From: Nanobdellota archaeon | Lineage (GTDB): Archaea > Nanobdellota > Nanobdellia > SCGC-AAA011-G17 > JAFCDX01 | Assembly (NCBI GenBank): GCA_018816585.1 | Contig: JAHIVQ010000047.1 | Location: 1-29,854 of the forward strand | Length of the DNA stretch: 29,854 bases | Direction: 5' to 3' | Part shown: one piece after another, positions 23,172 through 29,854 of the stretch | Layout: each line of letters opens with the position of its first letter | Numbering within the stretch: the stretch's first letter is position 1 | Translations under genes and position numbers: made by a program | The notes under the pieces: model-generated | Told to the model about the DNA's origin: nothing | Database searches by the model: none | What the model saw: only the letters and a program-made list of their open reading frames with translations

Positions 23172-25628
23172 ATGGTAGATTTGTTGAAGATAGATAAGAA
23201 GTGGCAGAAAGAATGGGAAACTAAGAAAGTATTTCATGTAAAAGAAGATTCTAAAAAAAAGAAATATTTTTTGTTAGAAATGTTTCCATACCCAAGTAGT
23301 TTAGGATTGCATATGGGGCATGCATTAAATTATACTATTGGTGATATTTATTCTAGATTTAAGAGAATGAAAGGATTTAATGTTTTATATCCCATGGGTT
23401 ATGATGCATTTGGATTGCCTGCTGAAAATGCAGCTATAAAAGCAAACGAGCATCCTGCTACATATACAAAAAATTCAATTGCTAATTTTATAAAACAGCA
23501 GAAAGCTCTTGGTTTAAGTTATGATTGGTCAAAGGAATTAATTACCTGTGAGCCAGAATATTATAAGTGGAATCAGTATTTTTTCTTAAAATTAATGGAA
23601 AAAGGTTTAGTCTACAAGAAAAAAGCAGCTGTTAATTGGTGTCCTAAATGTGATACTGTTCTTGCTAATGAACAAGTACATAATGGAAGATGCTGGAGAC
23701 ATGAAAATACAGATGTTGAACTAAAACAATTAGAGCAGTGGTTCATTAAAATTACTGATTATGCTGATGAACTTCTTGAGTTTATACCTAAATTACAATG
23801 GCCTGAAAGAATAAAAATAATGCAGGAAAATTGGATTGGTAAGTCCCATGGAACAGAAATAAAATTTAAAATTAATGGAAAAGATTGGAAAATATTTACA
23901 ACAAGACCAGATACAATTTATGGTGTTACATTCATGGTTATTTCTGCACAGCATCAAAAATTAATGGATTTAGTTACAGAAAAACAGAAAAAAGATATAA
24001 AATATTTTGTTAAGAAATTAAAATCTGTTTCTGAAAAAGAATTGGAAGAAATGGATAAAGAAGGAGTTTTTACAGGTAGTTATGCTGAAAGTCCAATAAC
24101 AAAAGAAAAAATTCCTGTTTATGCTGGTAATTTTGTAATTGCTGATTATGGTTCAGGAATGGTAATGGCTGTACCTGCTCATGACCAGAGAGATTTTGAA
24201 TTTGCCAAGAAATATAAAATACCAATAAAGATAGTTATACAACCAGAAGATTCTGATCTTGATGAGAAAAAAATATCAAGAGCTTATACTGGGAATGGAA
24301 AATTAGTAAATTCTTTTGAATTCGACGGTTCTAATAATATAGAAGCTATTGATGAAATTACAAAATATCTTGAGAAAAAAAACCTAGGAAAAAAAGTTGT
24401 TCAATATAAATTAAGAGACTGGTTAATTTCCAGACAGAGATACTGGGGAACACCAATACCAATTATTTATTGTGATAAATGTGGAATAGTTCCAGTGCCT
24501 GAAAAAGACATACCTGTTATATTACCAAAAGATGTTGAGTTTGGAAAAGGAAATCCTCTTGCTACAAATAAAAAATTTCTTAATGTAAAATGTCCTAAAT
24601 GTAAAGGTAATGCAAAGAGAGAAACAGATACAATGGATACATTTTTTGATTCATCCTGGTATTTTATAAGATTTGCTGATAATAAAAATGATAAAGAAGC
24701 TTTTGACAAGAAAAAAATAGATTACTGGCTTCCTGTTGATCAGTATATTGGTGGTGCTGAGCACGCATGTATGCACTTGATGTACGCAAGATTTTTTGTT
24801 AAGGCCTTAAGAGATTTTAAATTATTAAATTTTGATGAACCTTTTATTAAATTATTCAATCAGGGAATGCTTCATGGTTCAGATGGACAAAAAATGTCTA
24901 AAAGTTTGGGAAATGTTGTTAATCCAATTGATGTAATAGAAAGATTTGGTGCAGATTCATTAAGATTTAATTTAATGTCTCTTGCATCTCCTGACAAGGA
25001 TAGTATATGGAGTGACAAAAGTATAGAATTCAGCTTTAAATTTATTAACAAGGTTGTTGAATATTTTGAAAGAGTAAAAAAAGGAGAATCTTCTGAAAAA
25101 ATTGAAAGTAAATTAAATAAAACAATAAAGGAAGTTTCAGCTGATATTGAAAATTTCAGTTATAATATTGCAATAATAAAAATAAGAAAATTATTTGAGT
25201 CTTTTAATGATGAAGAAAGTAAATTTTCACTTGAATTATTCCTTAAATTACTTCATCCATTTTGCCCACACATAACAGAGGAATTATGGCATAATCTTAG
25301 GAATAAAACATTTATTTCACTTGAAAAATGGCCTGTTGCTGATGAATCAAAAATAAATGAGAAATTTGATAAAGAAGATTTATTAATAGATAATCTTGTT
25401 GATGATATAAATAATATTGTAAAAATAATGAAAGATAAGGGAAAAGAAGTAGCAAAAGCATTTGTTTATGTTATTCCAAAGGAAAAAGAATTGTATTCTC
25501 CTGAAATATTAAAAATTAGAACAAATCTTGAGATTAATATATTTGCAGTTAATGATCCTAAGAAGCATGATCCTCAGAATAAGGCATTAAAAGCTAAATT
25601 ATGCAAGCCCGCAATATTTATAGAATAA
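23172..25628 (+). CDS. leuS: Leucine--tRNA ligase (bacterial-type core, archaeal-type C-terminus)
   Basis: LEMFPYPS..LHMGH, GYDAFGLPAENAAI, CP1 FTTRPDT and AVPAHDQRD, DWLISRQRYWGTPIP, KMSKS; ends DPQNKALKAKLCKPAIFIE. Confidence 0.97.
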   Translation: MVDLLKIDKKWQKEWETKKVFHVKEDSKKKKYFLLEMFPYPSSLGLHMGHALNYTIGDIYSRFKRMKGFNVLYPMGYDAFGLPAENAAIKANEHPATYTKNSIANFIKQQKALGLSYDWSKELITCEPEYYKWNQYFFLKLMEKGLVYKKKAAVNWCPKCDTVLANEQVHNGRCWRHENTDVELKQLEQWFIKITDYADELLEFIPKLQWPERIKIMQENWIGKSHGTEIKFKINGKDWKIFTTRPDTIYGVTFMVISAQHQKLMDLVTEKQKKDIKYFVKKLKSVSEKELEEMDKEGVFTGSYAESPITKEKIPVYAGNFVIADYGSGMVMAVPAHDQRDFEFAKKYKIPIKIVIQPEDSDLDEKKISRAYTGNGKLVNSFEFDGSNNIEAIDEITKYLEKKNLGKKVVQYKLRDWLISRQRYWGTPIPIIYCDKCGIVPVPEKDIPVILPKDVEFGKGNPLATNKKFLNVKCPKCKGNAKRETDTMDTFFDSSWYFIRFADNKNDKEAFDKKKIDYWLPVDQYIGGAEHACMHLMYARFFVKALRDFKLLNFDEPFIKLFNQGMLHGSDGQKMSKSLGNVVNPIDVIERFGADSLRFNLMSLASPDKDSIWSDKSIEFSFKFINKVVEYFERVKKGESSEKIESKLNKTIKEVSADIENFSYNIAIIKIRKLFESFNDEESKFSLELFLKLLHPFCPHITEELWHNLRNKTFISLEKWPVADESKINEKFDKEDLLIDNLVDDINNIVKIMKDKGKEVAKAFVYVIPKEKELYSPEILKIRTNLEINIFAVNDPKKHDPQNKALKAKLCKPAIFIE

Positions 25629-26255
25629 TTATTCTTCTGGTAATTTCATACACATTGCAGGAGATTTTGTTGTATTACAATAAGTATTATACGAGCAACC
25701 ACAATCTTCTTCACAATTAGAGCAAGTCTCTTCCATATCACAAATATTATCACCGCAACCAGTTGGTACAATTATAGGATTAGTATTAGTGCTAGTTTGA
25801 GTTGTTGTATTTTCAGTAACAGGTTCGAGAGGAATCTCATTACTTGTTTCTTCAGATTTTAGCATTGTAGTTAATTTCTTATCATAATTAGTAGTAGTCT
25901 TACAATATTCCTTATCACATACAATTGCATTAAAATCATCAAATGGTTTCTCTATATTTAACACACGATAACAATCATCAGCAGAATTACAATTTACAAA
26001 AGCACCATTTGAATTAACTATTTTTTTAAGCTTTGTTGAGCTGCATATTAGATTTTCAGTCTCTATTGATTTAAACTCATCAAGATTATCTCTTATTTTT
26101 ATACAATCATCTAATCCATCATCATTACATAATACACCCATTGCATTTACATCATTAACTCCATTTCTATACAAACATTCCTTTGTTGCAATGCCTGAAC
26201 AGCCAGCTATAAATAAGGCTGATAACAAAAATAAAGTTATGAACATTTTTTTCAT
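25629..26255 (-). CDS. Secreted Cys-rich lipoprotein-like protein
   Basis: MKK + hydrophobic stretch + lipobox-like FIAGC, Thr-rich linker, C-terminal CGDNIC...ETCSNCEEDCGC module. Confidence 0.75.
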   Translation of the reverse strand: MKKMFITLFLLSALFIAGCSGIATKECLYRNGVNDVNAMGVLCNDDGLDDCIKIRDNLDEFKSIETENLICSSTKLKKIVNSNGAFVNCNSADDCYRVLNIEKPFDDFNAIVCDKEYCKTTTNYDKKLTTMLKSEETSNEIPLEPVTENTTTQTSTNTNPIIVPTGCGDNICDMEETCSNCEEDCGCSYNTYCNTTKSPAMCMKLPEE

Positions 26256-26347
26256 ATCTTTTTGATATGAGATTTATTTATAAAATTTTCTATATACTCT
26301 TTGTATTACAATAATCTTTAAATACTTACATCAAAATTACTAATTTC

Positions 26348-27310
26348 ATGAAAAAAGGGTTGTTATTGCTTATTTTTGTATTATGTTCAATTACAGTAAG
26401 TGCCCTTGATTTAACAGGAAGCAAGTATTCTTCTGACATTTATAAGATAAAATTTGATGATAATCCAAGTATACTTGTTTTTAATAAATCTCTTGGAACT
26501 AATTTTGGTTGCGGTGCAGATGGAAAATTTTTTGTAAAGTTTGATGTTGATTCAGCTATTCATGATAGTTCAAAAATACAATTATATTACAGATTATTTA
26601 GCACAGTTGATTATGATCACAAATTAAATGGGGAATATTATAAAAGAAACTTGCAGACAGGAAAATTTGATAATGTTTCAAGTAAATTGTTTAGTTCAAT
26701 GACTTATTATTTCTTTTCTGATCCTATGTTTACAAATAATAATTATGTAATTAAAACAATTAATCTTGATGGTCAGAACAGAGAAAAAATATTTTACATA
26801 CACTGCCCTGCATTTAGATATAATTGCGAGAACATAAAGCCAGAAATAATTTGTTATAATACTAATGATGAAAAATTAGTAATTGAAATTTCTGGTTTGA
26901 ATATTGATGAAAATGAGAAATTTGATCTAAGTGATTTGCAGATTTATACAAAAGGAACTAATCAAAGGTCCAATTTACTTGATAATACACTTGCAAGTGA
27001 TGCTGTGATGGAGAAAGTAGGGGATAAATACATAATAACAAGCTCATTATTATATGGAAATGAAGACGCAGGAACAAATATAATTGATTATGTTTATTTC
27101 CAGCCAAAGAATTGCATTTATGACATGTATCCTGATGCTTATGTTACTCAAAAATGCCAGGGAATAAAAGAGGTTTCTTCAGATACAAATGAAGTAACAG
27201 GAAATGTTATTGCAGATGTTCAAACATCAAATAATTACTGGATTTATGGTATTATTGGTCTTGTATTTATATTAGTATTATTCTTAGTCTTTAGAAAAAA
27301 GAAGATTTAA
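26348..27310 (+). CDS. Secreted protein with C-terminal TM anchor
   Basis: Signal peptide; C-terminal VTGNVI motif, then TM, then RKKKI. Confidence 0.75.
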   Translation: MKKGLLLLIFVLCSITVSALDLTGSKYSSDIYKIKFDDNPSILVFNKSLGTNFGCGADGKFFVKFDVDSAIHDSSKIQLYYRLFSTVDYDHKLNGEYYKRNLQTGKFDNVSSKLFSSMTYYFFSDPMFTNNNYVIKTINLDGQNREKIFYIHCPAFRYNCENIKPEIICYNTNDEKLVIEISGLNIDENEKFDLSDLQIYTKGTNQRSNLLDNTLASDAVMEKVGDKYIITSSLLYGNEDAGTNIIDYVYFQPKNCIYDMYPDAYVTQKCQGIKEVSSDTNEVTGNVIADVQTSNNYWIYGIIGLVFILVLFLVFRKKKI

Positions 27311-27513
27311 AATTTTATGTATATAAATGTGTATAAAAAATGTTAACTAAACAAGATATAATAGAAATAAACAAGAATTTGATAAAAGAAATATAGTAAA
27401 TGAATTTTATGTCTCTTCAAGTTAAAACTCATATATTAATGAAAAAAATAATTTTTTATCCAATATAATTACTACTTCAAAAGATATTTAAAAGACAATA
27501 AACTGTATATTAG

Positions 27514-28773
27514 ATGGGAATCTTTGATTTTTTAAAGCAATTTTCCGATGAGAAAAAAGTAAAGGAGATCAAGCTGGATAAATTAGATTCTGTGATTGAT
27601 TCCAGATTAAAAAAGATATTTGAAGATAAAGGTCCAGAAATATCAGGTATAAAAATAAGGATACTTAAAGAAAAAGAAAGATTGGAAGAGAATATTCAAA
27701 AGTTAAACAAAGCAGAGCTAAAAAATCCAAATATCCCAGAAAGGGCTAAGCAGATTGGGGAAGGCAACAGATATATATATATTAAAAAATTGAATCTTCT
27801 TGCAAACAAAATTGATTTGCCTGAAAGGTCTGATGAGATTTTGGCCTTCTGCAATTCTTTTGATAAGGATTTAGATTATTTTAGCGAGAGCACCGCAAGG
27901 AGTTACCACATTCTTCAAGAATTTTTTGTGGAAGAATCTGGAGCCATCGTTATAAATATAAGGGATTTGAATATATTAATAAAGAAACTAAAGAAAATAA
28001 CAGAAGATTCTGAAATAAAAAACTTAAATGAATTAAAGAAGAAAGCTGATGAATTTCAGCAAAAAGAAAAACAAAAACAGATTGTTGAAGAAAAAATCAG
28101 GCTGGAAGAAGAAGAAATCAAGAAAAAAAATAAAAAAATAAATGAAAAAGAACAAAAATTAACAGATATTGAAAATGGAAGCGGATATAAAAAATTTATG
28201 GAATTAATTGATAAAAAGAAACTGCAAGAGCAGGAGATAGAGTTTATAAAAAAACAATGTTCTTTTTCTGCGATTGAAAGTTCTTTGAAGAAATATGAAA
28301 GATTAATCTTAGATGATAAATTAGTCAGAAAATATTTAGACAATCCATTAAATGCACTATTGGAAGATAAAGAATTAAAAATAGTGGAAGTTATTAGCAA
28401 AATGAAAGATTCTATTATAAACCAGGAATTAAAGCTGAAGGAGGAAAAAAGAGAAAAAATATTAAAAGAATTAGATAAATTCAATAGAAATTATTTTGAA
28501 GCATTTTTAAGCAAATACAATGAGTTGAATAAAAGATTAAGTAAATTAGAATCAGAAATAGAAAAAATAAGGATTATCGAAGAAGTTGCAAGGCTTAAAG
28601 AAACAATAAAGCAGGATAAAATTGAAATAGAAAGAGATGAATTAAAGACCCAAAAAATGCTTAAAGAATTAGATAGAAATGATATCGAGAATCTAAAGAA
28701 AGATTTGGAAGATAATCTAAAGAACTGCTTTGGTGTAGAATCAAAAATTATTTTTGATGAGAAACAAAAATAA
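27514..28773 (+). CDS. Hypothetical coiled-coil protein (419 aa)
   Basis: MGIFDFLK start and long K/E heptad regions; no catalytic motif recognised. Confidence 0.7.
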   Translation: MGIFDFLKQFSDEKKVKEIKLDKLDSVIDSRLKKIFEDKGPEISGIKIRILKEKERLEENIQKLNKAELKNPNIPERAKQIGEGNRYIYIKKLNLLANKIDLPERSDEILAFCNSFDKDLDYFSESTARSYHILQEFFVEESGAIVINIRDLNILIKKLKKITEDSEIKNLNELKKKADEFQQKEKQKQIVEEKIRLEEEEIKKKNKKINEKEQKLTDIENGSGYKKFMELIDKKKLQEQEIEFIKKQCSFSAIESSLKKYERLILDDKLVRKYLDNPLNALLEDKELKIVEVISKMKDSIINQELKLKEEKREKILKELDKFNRNYFEAFLSKYNELNKRLSKLESEIEKIRIIEEVARLKETIKQDKIEIERDELKTQKMLKELDRNDIENLKKDLEDNLKNCFGVESKIIFDEKQK

Positions 28774-28781
28774 AAAGAGAT

Positions 28782-29060
28782 TTAAACAACTTCTAATTTT
28801 CCAAGTTTTCCAGGAGAAACCTGCATCTCATTATTATAAATACTAGACCAGCCGTTAGTTATTTTTATTGTATCTCCTATATTTACTTTTTCAATGTCAT
28901 TATTCCAGAGACTTACTGTAACAGATCCAGTATCATCCTCTCCTTTTGCATTGCATACTTTTAACTGGCCTCCTCTTACTTCTCTTGCTTCACCTTTTTC
29001 TGTTATTTTAAGAGTCAGCTCATCAACAGGAGCCCTGTCCTTTAATTCATTTACCTTCAT
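28782..29060 (-). CDS. ssb: Single OB-fold ssDNA-binding protein (SSB/RPA)
   Basis: MKVNELK...DDTGSVTVSLWN...IGDTIKITNGW...GKLEVV. Start placed at 29060; no acidic tail. Confidence 0.85.
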   Translation of the reverse strand: MKVNELKDRAPVDELTLKITEKGEAREVRGGQLKVCNAKGEDDTGSVTVSLWNNDIEKVNIGDTIKITNGWSSIYNNEMQVSPGKLGKLEVV

Positions 29061-29162
29061 TTTTTTAAAACACCTCTTTATTTTGGTTATTGAATCATTT
29101 ATAAATTTTATTGTAAAACAAAATATAGGAAGATATATCAATGAAATAAAATTTATTTTTCT

Positions 29163-29420
29163 ATGGTTTGGCAGGATATTGTTATAGCTTTGGCAAATGT
29201 AGTACTTTCAGCGGCATTATTACCTCAAGTAATACATGGATTTAAGAAAAAACGAGGTTTATTGACACTAACAACATCAATACCTACATTTATTGCATTA
29301 TTTGTAATCTCAATAACTTATTACACTTTATCTTTAAAATATGCATTTGTTCTTGCACTAATTTCATCTATTTTATGGTTAATTTTATTTATACAATCAA
29401 TAATATACAAGAGAGCATAA
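29163..29420 (+). CDS. PQ-loop/SemiSWEET-like small membrane protein
   Basis: Three TM helices with ALLPQV in the first. Confidence 0.75.
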   Translation: MVWQDIVIALANVVLSAALLPQVIHGFKKKRGLLTLTTSIPTFIALFVISITYYTLSLKYAFVLALISSILWLILFIQSIIYKRA

Positions 29421-29453
29421 ATGAATGTTATTTTAAAGACAAATTTAAAAAGT

Positions 29454-29854
29454 ATGAAAAAAGCAATTGTTTTAATACTATTACTTTTAATAAGTGGGTG
29501 TGCAAAAACACAGGATACAATGATAAAATTAGATACAAATCAGGGAGAGATTGTAATAGAATTATATAATGATATGCCTATAACAGCTGGAAATTTTGAA
29601 AAATTAGTAAAAGAAGGATATTATGATGGCATTATTTTTCATAGAGTAATTCCTGATTTTATGATTCAAGGAGGAGACCCAACAGGAACAGGAATGGGTG
29701 GCCCTGGATATAAGATAAAAGATGAATTTAATGGTCATAAAAATAATCGTGGAACAATTGCAATGGCAAATTCAGGCCCAGACACAGGAGGAAGCCAGTT
29801 TTTCATAAATCTTGTTAATAATAATTTTTTAGACACTAAACACCCTGTTTTTGG
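29454..29854 (+). CDS. Cyclophilin-type PPIase with lipoprotein-like signal (partial, runs off window end)
   Basis: Manual translation [16 protein letters not shown]...PITAGNF...[19 protein letters not shown]...[21 protein letters not shown]...HPVFG. Not in the track. Confidence 0.93.
   Translation, partial: MKKAIVLILLLLISGCAKTQDTMIKLDTNQGEIVIELYNDMPITAGNFEKLVKEGYYDGIIFHRVIPDFMIQGGDPTGTGMGGPGYKIKDEFNGHKNNRGTIAMANSGPDTGGSQFFINLVNNNFLDTKHPVF

Noticed and set aside
883-28484. Antisense and alternative-frame ORFs in the track (e.g. 883-1251, 2042-2311, 4463-4651, 6936-7976, 8361-8696, 9380-9766, 10122-10769, 13319-13522, 15724-17300, 18248-18445, 21491-21691, 24467-24709, 28056-28484, 28894-29187, 29375-29569)
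   Set aside because: They overlap well-supported genes and have the F/S/L/I-rich composition expected from the reverse complement of K/E-rich coding sequence.

Overview
Very AT-rich archaeal chromosomal segment. Gene content and style point to a DPANN (Nanobdellota, Woesearchaeota/Pacearchaeota-like) genome; this lineage call is an inference. It is mostly housekeeping: glyS (partial), short dph2, ZPR1, sepF, pfdB, rpoP, rpl37ae, rpl11-spt5-secE-ftsZ, FKBP, eIF5A-rpl40e, site-2 protease, cdc6, HemK, rpl1-rpl10-rpl12, dedA, an archaeosortase-like gene facing an S-layer-like gene, leuS, ssb and a cyclophilin (partial). The most unusual signals are not in the ORF track. (1) tRNA-Pro(UGG) is split by two 27-nt non-canonical BHB introns (3/4 and 19/20), and its 5' BHB helix is supplied by the last codons of an adjacent free-standing LAGLIDADG gene. 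(2) A stand-alone 85-nt hairpin RNA candidate with a complete bulge-helix-bulge and a cUUCGg cap sits beside the tRNA-Arg/tRNA-Cys pair. (3) A 65-bp palindrome-rich element is present twice (64/65 identical) directly upstream of TATA boxes. Also found: several unannotated small ORFs including a 29-aa Lys/Arg-rich peptide, an L1 autoregulatory RNA site, a two-stop NDT-Nudix pseudogene, a CARF-like/wHTH pair next to cdc6, and a LeuRS with a bacterial-type body and an archaeal-type tail.
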